64,000 nucleotides of DNA from Bacteroidota bacterium (GTDB lineage: Bacteria; Bacteroidota; Ignavibacteria; Kryptoniales; JAKASW01). Below the pieces are notes generated by a model that did no database searches, was not told the DNA's origin, and was given only the letters and a program-made list of their open reading frames with translations. This document shows, in pieces, positions 57,016-64,000 of this stretch. The position numbers were made by a program, and so were the translations under genes. The stretch spans positions 17,422-81,421 of the forward strand of contig JAJZVO010000005.1 in NCBI GenBank assembly GCA_021845665.1, in the 5' to 3' direction. How positions within the stretch are numbered: the stretch's first letter is position 1; each line of letters begins with the position of its first letter.

Positions 57016-57624
57016 ATGAAAACCGATACGACACTTTGGAACGAAGACACAATGTATGACGCATTCATGAGACGAAACGTGTCATACGAAGGAATCTTCT
57101 TCGTAGGCGTGAAGACGACCGGCATTTTCTGCCGTCCGACATGTCCGGCGAGAAGAGCGAAGAGAGAGAACACCGAGCTCTTTCAATCGGCCAAAGACGC
57201 GCTGCTCAACGGTTACCGGCCATGTAAAACATGCAAGCCGCTCGGCGCAACTCCCGATTACATTCAAAAACTCATCGACCAGGTCGCGGCAAACCCGCCG
57301 AAGAAAATCACCGACTACGATCTTACCAAGATGAACATCGAACCAAACAAAGTTCGGCGATGGTTCAAGGCAAATCACGGATTATCGTTCCAGGCATACC
57401 AGAGAATGCTCAGGATCAATGGCGCGTTGCATCAGATCAAGAACGGCGGAGATGTTACCGAGGCCGCCTTCGAAAACGGTTACGACTCCGTCAGCGTGTT
57501 TTCAGACGCTTTCAGGAAAATCATGGGGACAAATCCCTCCAACGGAAAGTTCGTTAACGTCATAAACATTCACCGCATCCTGACTCCGCTCGGACCGATG
57601 ATCGCCTGCACCACCGACAAATGA
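57016..57624 (+). CDS. Ada-type regulator fragment: Ada Zn-binding domain plus AraC HTH, ending just inside the MGMT N-terminal domain
   Basis: FFVGVKTTGIFCRPTCPARRAKRENTELF..YRPCKTCKP is the Ada_Zn_binding domain, followed by an AraC HTH (AAFENGYDSVSVFSDAFRK). The last residues, ILTPLGPMIACTTDK, match the start of the Ogt/MGMT N-terminal domain and are then cut off by a stop. Confidence 0.8.
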   Translation: MKTDTTLWNEDTMYDAFMRRNVSYEGIFFVGVKTTGIFCRPTCPARRAKRENTELFQSAKDALLNGYRPCKTCKPLGATPDYIQKLIDQVAANPPKKITDYDLTKMNIEPNKVRRWFKANHGLSFQAYQRMLRINGALHQIKNGGDVTEAAFENGYDSVSVFSDAFRKIMGTNPSNGKFVNVINIHRILTPLGPMIACTTDK

Positions 57625-58940
57625 AGGTACCCATTCCCTTTATCGCGGCAACGGTGGCCGTCATTTCGGGGATAAGTCGGCTCTCGATCGCCCAATCGTA
57701 TTCCACGCCCGAACAAGCCTTCGCGGCATTCTTCGAAGAAGCGCGGGCCGCCGAAAGTAAGCACTTCAATCTTTGGGACAGGGACATGTACGGCCCCATC
57801 CTCGTGGTGAACCCGCAGACAAGGGAGGTTTACGCCAACTTCCCCGACGCTGGCGGTGCACTCACCAGGAGCGGAGACATATTTGAAGGGCATCTTCCGG
57901 AAGAGATCAACATCAACAATACAATCGTGTACTGGAACGGGAGAGAGTGGGCAATGGTAATGCTCCCGCTTCCAAACTACCGGAAGGTACGCATCGGCCT
58001 TTTCGCGCACGAACTGTTCCATGTCGTACAGCCTTCCCTCGGTTTCCGAGGATACAGTCCGGACAACAGCCATCTCGATGAAAAGAACGGACGAATCCTT
58101 CTGAGACTAGAGCTCGAGGCACTCAGGAAGGCGCTGGAGACACCGTCTACGAACGGAATGAAGAAATGTCTTACCGACGCCATGACTTTCAGGGAATACC
58201 GTTACCTCCTTTATCCGCAGGCGAAGTTCACGGAGAATCTCCTCGAACTCAACGAAGGGCTCGCCGAATATACCGGGCTGATCGTCAGCGACATGACGAG
58301 AGAGGAGGCAGTCTATTTCTTCGAGAGAAGCATAAACGCCTTCGTGAGATACCCCACGTTCGTCAGGTCCTTCGCTTACGAAACGTTCCCGGTATATGGT
58401 TACCTCCTCAGGCAGACGGACAGATACTGGAACAAAGATATTACTCCGAACACCAACCTCTCTGATTACTTCATACACGCTTTCGGGCTGAATATTCCAT
58501 CCCATCTCCCTTCGGCCGAACGCGCCATCGAGGACAGATATGATGGGATGCTAATCCGCGCCGAAGAGACAAACAGGGAGTCGATACGCATTCAACAGAT
58601 AGCAACTTACAGGAAGGAATTCATAAACCAGTCTCATGTCGAGATCAAGTTCGAGAAGATGCACCTTACGTTCGATCCCCGCGACGTTATCCCTCTCGAT
58701 GACAAGGGCAACGTATACCCGACAATCAGGGTCATCGACGAATGGGGGATCCTCGACGTGCAGAACGGGGCTCTCATGAGCCCAAGATGGGATAAGATCA
58801 TCGTAAGCGCCCCGACAAACATCGACGGACCGGACGCGAGCGGAAACGGCTGGACGCTAAAACTGAACAGCGGCTACAGGTTAGTGGAAGATTACGCGAC
58901 GGGTAATTACATTTTGACGAGGCAGAAGAGCATTCCATAG
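57621..58940 (+). CDS. Secreted hypothetical protein with an HExxH motif (putative metallopeptidase-like)
   Basis: 439 aa, signal peptide MKVPIPFIAATVAVISGISRLSIA. It has a single FAHELFHVVQ motif. Its start overlaps the stop of the upstream gene (ATGA). Confidence 0.6.
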   Translation: MKVPIPFIAATVAVISGISRLSIAQSYSTPEQAFAAFFEEARAAESKHFNLWDRDMYGPILVVNPQTREVYANFPDAGGALTRSGDIFEGHLPEEININNTIVYWNGREWAMVMLPLPNYRKVRIGLFAHELFHVVQPSLGFRGYSPDNSHLDEKNGRILLRLELEALRKALETPSTNGMKKCLTDAMTFREYRYLLYPQAKFTENLLELNEGLAEYTGLIVSDMTREEAVYFFERSINAFVRYPTFVRSFAYETFPVYGYLLRQTDRYWNKDITPNTNLSDYFIHAFGLNIPSHLPSAERAIEDRYDGMLIRAEETNRESIRIQQIATYRKEFINQSHVEIKFEKMHLTFDPRDVIPLDDKGNVYPTIRVIDEWGILDVQNGALMSPRWDKIIVSAPTNIDGPDASGNGWTLKLNSGYRLVEDYATGNYILTRQKSIP

Positions 58941-59033
58941 GACAAAATCATGGTAATGGTGGACAGCAAGAATAAGAGCGTGTCCCGTCCCGGGCGCCGC
59001 ATCCGCAGATGCGAGAATGCATTGGATGGTTGA

Positions 59034-59396
59034 ATGACAGAAGAATTAAGGGAGAATATCCTCGGCCTGGAAGAACGATTGCTGCAGCCGGAGGTCAGAA
59101 ACGACCCTAAGGAACTCTCGGAACTCATTGCCGACGACTTCATCGAATACGGGAGCTCGGGAACGGTCTACGGGAAAAAGGATATCCTCAAGATACTTCC
59201 CTCCGATCCCGGTCTCGAAATGGAGATAGAAGAATATCATGCGAGGCCACTTTCACCTCAGGTAGTTCTTATCAATTACAGGGTTTACACGAAACGGAGG
59301 GATAACGGCCCGCCGACACGTTCAGAACGGAGTTCCATCTGGAGACTCACCAACGGTCGGTGGCAAATCGTATTTCACAAGGGAACCAATATTTAA
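59034..59396 (+). CDS. DUF4440 / NTF2-like (SnoaL fold) protein
   Basis: 120 aa. Motifs LIADDFIEYGSSGTVYGKKDIL..SSIWRLTNGRWQIVFHKGT. Confidence 0.7.
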   Translation: MTEELRENILGLEERLLQPEVRNDPKELSELIADDFIEYGSSGTVYGKKDILKILPSDPGLEMEIEEYHARPLSPQVVLINYRVYTKRRDNGPPTRSERSSIWRLTNGRWQIVFHKGTNI

Positions 59397-59495
59397 ACGG
59401 CGGGGAGTGTAATCGGGCGCGTCCGAACTACGCGACATGATTATGACGACAACGATGTCCATGATTACCCGCCATCATTGTGTAGGAAGAAGAAG

Positions 59496-60479
59496 ATGCA
59501 GTACCGTGAATTAGGAAGGACCGGCTGGAACGTGTCAACAATCAGCTTCGGCGCCTGGGCAATCGGAGGAACATGGGGAGAGGTCGACGACAAAGAATCA
59601 CTGGCGGCCCTTCACCGCGCGCTCGAACTCGGTGTAAATTTCTTCGACACCGCGGACGTTTACGGTGACGGCAGAAGTGAACGTTTGCTGGCACAGCTCC
59701 GTAGGGAACGAAAAGAAGAGTTTCACATCGCAACGAAAGCGGGGCGAAGGCTCGATCCGCATGTCGCATCCGGTTATAATAGGCAAAACCTGACCGCGTT
59801 TGTCGAACGAAGCCTGAAAAATCTCGACACCGAAGCGCTCGATCTCCTCCAGCTTCACTGCCCGCCGACGGAGGTTTACTACATGCCGGAAGTGTTCGGC
59901 GTTCTCGACGATCTCATCAAGGACGGCAAGCTGCGGTACTACGGCGTCAGTGTCGAGAAGGTGGAAGAGGCCCTGAAGGCAATCGAGTACCCGAACGTTC
60001 AAACCGTCCAGATCATCTTCAACATCTTCCGGCAACGCCCTGCGGATCTGGTCTTCGAACAGGCACAGCAAAAAAAGGTGGGAATACTCGCGAGAGTGCC
60101 GCTTGCCTCGGGATTATTGACCGGAAAGCTTACGAAATTCAGCAGGTTTGCCGACGACGATCACCGCAAGTTCAACAGGCACGGCGAGGCATTCGACCGT
60201 GGCGAAACATTTTCCGGAATCGACTACGAAAAGGGATTGAAGGCGGTTGAGTCTTTGCGCCGACTCGTACCCGCGGGGCAGACCATGGCACAGCTCGCGC
60301 TGAGATGGATACTCATGTTCCGTGCAGTGTCATGCGCGATTCCCGGCGCAAAACGCCCGGCCCAGGCTGAAGAAAACATAAAAGCCGCCGATCTCCCGCC
60401 GCTGACTCCCGAAGCCTCGATGGCAATCAAGAAACTCTACGATGATCAGATAAGAGAGTCGGTTCACCATTTCTGGTGA
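59496..60479 (+). CDS. Aldo/keto reductase
   Basis: Starts MQYRELGRTGWNVSTISFGAWAIGG. Contains FFDTADVYGDGRSE and IPGAKRPAQAEEN. Confidence 0.9.
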   Translation: MQYRELGRTGWNVSTISFGAWAIGGTWGEVDDKESLAALHRALELGVNFFDTADVYGDGRSERLLAQLRRERKEEFHIATKAGRRLDPHVASGYNRQNLTAFVERSLKNLDTEALDLLQLHCPPTEVYYMPEVFGVLDDLIKDGKLRYYGVSVEKVEEALKAIEYPNVQTVQIIFNIFRQRPADLVFEQAQQKKVGILARVPLASGLLTGKLTKFSRFADDDHRKFNRHGEAFDRGETFSGIDYEKGLKAVESLRRLVPAGQTMAQLALRWILMFRAVSCAIPGAKRPAQAEENIKAADLPPLTPEASMAIKKLYDDQIRESVHHFW

Positions 60480-60496
60480 GCCGGTAATGGCGATCC

Positions 60497-60539
60497 GGTG
60501 ACCGTCACTTGCATTAGACTCAGATAGTGACAGGTCACC
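60497..60539. repeat. Inverted repeat GGTGACCGTCACT-N16-AGTGACAGGTCACC between the AKR and phosphoesterase genes
   Basis: The arms are 13/14 nt with one bulge, and no T tract follows. It may be an operator or an RNA hairpin. Confidence 0.4.
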
Positions 60540-60620
60540 AAGCTGTCATTCCGGCAGTGCAAACGCAGGGTATTTCGTGTAATTTGTTCGCGTTGAATTC
60601 TCAGAAAGAATGGTGAACCC

Positions 60621-61769
60621 GTGACCCGAACCGTAATCTTCATACTTGTCGCATCCCTGATATTTTCCATATACGGACTGGCAAATTACTATATCTTCAT
60701 CCGCGGACTTCACGCCCTTCGGCTGACGGGCGGAGTTCGCATCTCCTATATCGTGGTCTTCACTTTCCTTGCCGTATCCTTCATCGCGGCAATGTTCCTC
60801 GAGCGCGCGGACATAATCGCACTCGGCAAACCGCTCAGCTGGATCGGATCGTTCTGGCTGGCAGCGTTCGTTTACTTTCTACTGATCCTCGCGGCGATCG
60901 ACCTGACCAGACTCGCCAATCATTTCATCCATTTCTTCCCTTCGTTCATGACATCATATCGAGCGCATGCCGCAAATATCACGGCGATATCGGTGATTTC
61001 GCTCGTCGCGGCCGTTGTAATCTACGGTTTCATAAATGCACATATCATACGTGTCCGAACGTTCGACATAAATGTCCCGAAGCAGGCGGGAGGAAGGAAG
61101 AACGTGAACATCGTCATGGCTTCGGACATTCACCTCAGCTCCATCATCAACAACGGTCGCATAAGGGCCATCGTCGACAGAATTAATTCGCTCTCACCCG
61201 ATATCGTCCTCCTCCCAGGCGACATATTGGACGGCGATCTCAATCCCGTCGTCAGGCAGAACCTCGGCGAAGGGCTCAGGCAAATCAAGGCACCCCTGGG
61301 AGTTTACGCGGTCACCGGCAATCACGAATACATCGGAGGTGTCGAGAAGGCGTGCAAATACATCGGCGATCATGGCGTGAAGCTCCTGAGGGACTCGACG
61401 GCCTTCATCGACGGCAGCTTCTACGTCGTCGGCCGTGAGGACCGCTCGGCACGGAAGCGGACCCCCCTCTCCGAACTCATGTCCGGCGTCGATAAGAAGT
61501 ATCCCGTTATACTCATGGATCACCAGCCGTTCCATCTTGAAGAAGGAGAAGCGAACGGCGTCGACCTCCAGCTTTCGGGCCATACTCATTACGGGCAGAT
61601 GTGGCCTTTCAACTACATAACGAAGATGGTCTATGAGCTGGCGTACGGCTACCTCGTGAAGGGAACGACGCACATTTATGTCTCATCCGGCGTCGGTACG
61701 TGGGGACCGCCCGTCAGAATTGTTGCGAACCCTGAGATTGCACAATTCCGCCTCACCTTCGCCGAATGA
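60621..61769 (+). CDS. Membrane-anchored metallophosphoesterase (YkuE/calcineurin-like)
   Basis: GTG start. Four N-terminal TM helices, then the motifs MASDIHL, LPGDILDG, GNHEY and LSGHTHYGQ. Confidence 0.85.
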   Translation: MTRTVIFILVASLIFSIYGLANYYIFIRGLHALRLTGGVRISYIVVFTFLAVSFIAAMFLERADIIALGKPLSWIGSFWLAAFVYFLLILAAIDLTRLANHFIHFFPSFMTSYRAHAANITAISVISLVAAVVIYGFINAHIIRVRTFDINVPKQAGGRKNVNIVMASDIHLSSIINNGRIRAIVDRINSLSPDIVLLPGDILDGDLNPVVRQNLGEGLRQIKAPLGVYAVTGNHEYIGGVEKACKYIGDHGVKLLRDSTAFIDGSFYVVGREDRSARKRTPLSELMSGVDKKYPVILMDHQPFHLEEGEANGVDLQLSGHTHYGQMWPFNYITKMVYELAYGYLVKGTTHIYVSSGVGTWGPPVRIVANPEIAQFRLTFAE

Positions 61770-61785
61770 AAAAGGAGAATTCGTT

Positions 61786-62451
61786 ATGGTTACCTACGAT
61801 GAAATCGCCGGAATGATCGACCACTCACTCCTTAAACCCACTCTCACTGACCGGGAGATAAAAGACGGATGTGAGCTGGCGGCAAAGTACAGGGTGGCTT
61901 CAGTGTGCGTGCGACCCTCGGACGTCATCCTCGCCAGTGAGATTCTGAAAGACACCGCAGTGCTCGTCACAACTGTGATCGGTTTTCCGCACGGGACGAC
62001 TACGACAGCCGCGAAAGTCGCCGAGGCGAATGAAGCTATCGGCAACGGCGCGATCGAGCTCGACATGGTACTCAACATCGGAAAACTCAGGTCGAAGAAT
62101 TACGAATACGTAAAGCAAGACATCAGAGCCGTGACCGATGCTGCGCACGCGAGGAAGGCCCTCGTCAAAGTAATTTTCGAAAATTGCTATCTCAGCGAGG
62201 AAGAAATCATCGAGGCGTGCAAAATATGCAACGAAGTCGGCGTCGACTTCGTCAAGACTTCCACCGGATACGGGTCCGGGGGGGCAGAAGACAAAGACAT
62301 CAGGCTGATGAGAAAATATGCCGACTCCAGGATTCAGATCAAGGCAGCCGGCGGAGTACGCACGCTCGAGAGAGCAATAGAGATACGTGAGCTCGGATGC
62401 ACGAGATTCGGCTGCACCGCAACCGTTGGCATTCTTGAAAGACTGAAATAA
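61786..62451 (+). CDS. deoC: Deoxyribose-phosphate aldolase
   Basis: Start ATG 61786 after AAGGAG. Motifs IDHSLLKPTLT, VCVRPS, IGFPHG, ELDMVLNIG, VKVIFE and FVKTSTGY. Confidence 0.9.
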   Translation: MVTYDEIAGMIDHSLLKPTLTDREIKDGCELAAKYRVASVCVRPSDVILASEILKDTAVLVTTVIGFPHGTTTTAAKVAEANEAIGNGAIELDMVLNIGKLRSKNYEYVKQDIRAVTDAAHARKALVKVIFENCYLSEEEIIEACKICNEVGVDFVKTSTGYGSGGAEDKDIRLMRKYADSRIQIKAAGGVRTLERAIEIRELGCTRFGCTATVGILERLK

Positions 62452-62481
62452 CATTTCCTTAGAGACGCGACCGAAAAGTCC

Positions 62482-62587
62482 AACCACAAAGAGCACGAAG
62501 ATTTTTCACGAAGGACACGAAGGGCTCTATTCATTTATCGCTCTTTCTTTGTGCTCTTTGCGCCCTTTCTTCGTGACCTTTGTGGTT
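62482..62587. repeat. 106-bp imperfect palindromic intergenic element (MITE/REP-like)
   Basis: The 20-nt arms AACCACAAAGAGCACGAAGA (62482-62501) and TCTTCGTGACCTTTGTGGTT (62568-62587) match at 18/20 positions. The interior is built of CACGAAG/CACAAAG-type words. It shares the 12-mer GCTCTTTGCGCC (62553-62564) with the intergenic hairpin at 26969-26980. Confidence 0.45.
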
Positions 62588-62660
62588 AAATAGTTTTGCG
62601 GCGGGTTTTCGGCCACGTCCCTAGGCGCATGCGCGCCGGAGACAGGAGGTATGTTAGCGT

Positions 62661-62837
62661 ATGCAAGCGGGGACTATTACTTCGATCATGATAATTACCA
62701 TGCTCGTCCAATCCTATTTCATCCGACTGGCAAACGCAGGGAAAGAGAACAGTAGACTTGATCCCGAAGGCGTGGTCATACTGACTGATGCCATTTACCT
62801 GGCTCCGTCGTTCCTGACAATGCTCTGGGTCCATTAA
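62661..62837 (+). CDS. Candidate 58-aa two-TM small membrane protein (below the ORF-track size cut-off)
   Basis: AGGAGG lies 11 nt upstream of ATG 62661. The sequence is MQAGTITSIMIITMLVQSYFIRLANAGKENSRLDPEGVVILTDAIYLAPSFLTMLWVH, with two hydrophobic helices joined by a charged loop. No homology could be assessed. Confidence 0.3.
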   Translation: MQAGTITSIMIITMLVQSYFIRLANAGKENSRLDPEGVVILTDAIYLAPSFLTMLWVH

Positions 62838-63019
62838 ACGGGACACTTCACGATGGCCGTTCTCTCCGGAGCGCAAGATCCCAGGATGGGACTGTATAGA
62901 GTCGTGGAAGTAAGCCCCTATAGTACACACACTGAAATCGGCTGGATGGAAAGGTGTGCCCCTGCCTGTCCATCTTCCATTCCATATTTCCGGCATTCCA
63001 TTTTTCCTTCAAGTTCCTC

Positions 63020-63050
63020 TTGCCCTGACGCGGCGTCATAGTTGTATATT
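63020..63050 (+). promoter_or_regulatory. MerR-type promoter: TTGCCC-N19-TATATT with palindromic operator TGACGC-G-GCGTCA in the spacer
   Basis: The -35 is at 63020-63025, the -10 at 63045-63050 and the 19-nt spacer at 63026-63044. A perfect 13-nt palindrome lies at 63026-63038. The promoter sits 17 nt upstream of the MerR-family gene. Confidence 0.55.
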
Positions 63051-63066
63051 ACTACCGGAGATTGAA

Positions 63067-63816
63067 ATGAAAGAATACACCGTTCAGCAACTCGCGAAGA
63101 TTGCAGGAGTAAGCGTCAGGACGCTTCATCACTACGACCACATCGGACTCCTGAAGCCTGCTTCACGCAACCACGCGCGATACAGATTTTACGGAGAAGC
63201 GGAGCTTCTCAGGCTTCAACAGATACTTTTTTTCAGGGATCTCGACTGCAGTCTCGATGACATTGCAAGGATCCTCGACAGTCCCGGTTTCGACCCGGTG
63301 GAAGCGCTTGAAGCTCACAGGATAGAGTTGAAGAAACGAGCGAAGCGGCTCGACGCCCTGCTGAACACGATCGACAAAACAATAAAGAAATTGAAAGGAG
63401 AGGAAATAGATATATCTGACCAAGAATTATACGGCGGCCTTTCGAAGAAACAGGCCGAAGCTTACGCGGAAGAAGCAAGACAGCGCTGGGATCCGAAGCT
63501 CGTCGACGAAACCAATGCGAGAGTGAAGAAATGGTCGAAGGAAAAATGGGCGGCCGTTAACAAGGAGCTCGACGACATGATGCGACAGCTCGCACCGCTT
63601 ATGGGAACGCCCGTGGGAGATAAGAGGGTACAGGCTCTCGTGGCCCGGCATCATGCTTACCTGAACAACTTCTACGAGGTCAAGCCAAACATGTACCGCA
63701 GCCTGGGGAAAATGTATATCGAAGACCCGCGCTTCCGGTCATACTTTGAGAAGTACCGAACGGGTCTGGCGGGATATCTTGCGGAGGCCATAGAATTGTA
63801 CTGCAACTATAAATAA
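63067..63816 (+). CDS. MerR-family transcriptional regulator with TipAS-like C-terminal antibiotic-recognition domain
   Basis: Start ATG 63067. YTVQQLAKIAGVSVRTLHHYDHIGLLKP is the MerR HTH, followed by a coiled coil and the TipAS-like tail (WSKEKWAAVNKE..YIEDPRFRSYFEKY). Confidence 0.85.
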   Translation: MKEYTVQQLAKIAGVSVRTLHHYDHIGLLKPASRNHARYRFYGEAELLRLQQILFFRDLDCSLDDIARILDSPGFDPVEALEAHRIELKKRAKRLDALLNTIDKTIKKLKGEEIDISDQELYGGLSKKQAEAYAEEARQRWDPKLVDETNARVKKWSKEKWAAVNKELDDMMRQLAPLMGTPVGDKRVQALVARHHAYLNNFYEVKPNMYRSLGKMYIEDPRFRSYFEKYRTGLAGYLAEAIELYCNYK

Positions 63817-63845
63817 CTCACGGGAACAATAGAACCGAGACTGCA

Positions 63846-64000
63846 ATGGACGACAAGAACGTAAGTGGCGAAATATACGGCATGCCTTCTTTCGTGATAC
63901 TGAGGGTTGCCGATCCGGCACAATCGAAAAGCTGGTACGAAATGGTGCTCGGATTCAAACACATCTTTTCAATGCCAGGGCCGCGCGGAATTCCGTTGTT
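63846..64000 (+). CDS. VOC/glyoxalase-family protein, N-terminal fragment (runs off the right edge)
   Basis: ATG 63846. PSFVILRVADPAQSKSWYEMVLGFKHIF resembles the first beta-alpha-beta-beta-beta module of VOC proteins. Confidence 0.45.
   Translation, partial: MDDKNVSGEIYGMPSFVILRVADPAQSKSWYEMVLGFKHIFSMPGPRGIPL

Noticed and set aside
62586-62996. 136-aa minus-strand ORF and other short ORFs in the deoC-MerR intergenic region
   Set aside because: They have no RBS and no motifs, and they overlap the better-supported small plus-strand ORF and the MerR promoter.

Overview
This 64-kb bacterial window is probably from an FCB-group organism (Ignavibacteriota- or Bacteroidota-like). That call is an inference from three proteins with T9SS C-terminal sorting domains, a DUF3276 PUR-like protein and a TonB-receptor-centred glycan locus. 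It falls into five blocks. (1) 1-24.8 kb is a glucuronoxylan utilisation locus, entirely on the minus strand. It holds GH43 (partial), two tandem GH115 genes, a GH8 Rex-type exo-oligoxylanase, two large T9SS-sorted surface proteins, a TonB-dependent receptor with no SusD partner, a GPH xyloside-type symporter, a ROK kinase, a FucP/GluP-type permease, a frameshifted SGNH esterase and a sugar porter. No regulator gene is visible. Instead, two ORF-poor gaps of about 0.7 kb and 1 kb precede the receptor and the GPH transporter, and the second carries a perfect TTGACA-N17-TATAAT promoter. (2) 25-33 kb is housekeeping: uvrC, methylmalonyl-CoA epimerase, ssb, a PUR-like protein, a Wza-like exporter and ilvD. 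(3) 33-42.3 kb is a complete type I-C CRISPR-Cas locus with 11 repeats and 10 spacers, ordered cas3-cas5-cas8c-cas7-[insert]-cas4-cas1-cas2-leader-array on the minus strand. A RAYT/IS200-like HUH tyrosine transposase, flanked by REP-like hairpin repeats, sits exactly between the effector and adaptation modules. (4) 42.5-58.9 kb is an accessory patchwork next to cas3. It contains an unassignable 359/377-aa protein, an NDH-2 gene with an internal deletion, a 4x lamin-tail-domain T9SS protein, an ORF6N pseudogene, an Upf1/DNA2-like SF1 helicase with two topoisomerase-type zinc ribbons, a CPBP protease interrupted by an in-frame TGA, a MazF/PemK toxin-antitoxin pair, a truncated GT39 gene and a truncated Ada/Ogt gene. 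(5) 59-64 kb holds miscellaneous metabolism genes (AKR, metallophosphoesterase, deoC) and a TipA-like MerR regulator with a 19-bp-spacer palindromic promoter. The best candidates for something new are the RAYT/REP unit inside the cas operon, the SusD-less receptor plus two T9SS proteins, the promoter-driven ORF-free leader at 19.3-20.0 kb, and the helicase with zinc ribbons in the decayed island. All functional calls rest on motif recognition by eye; no database search was run.
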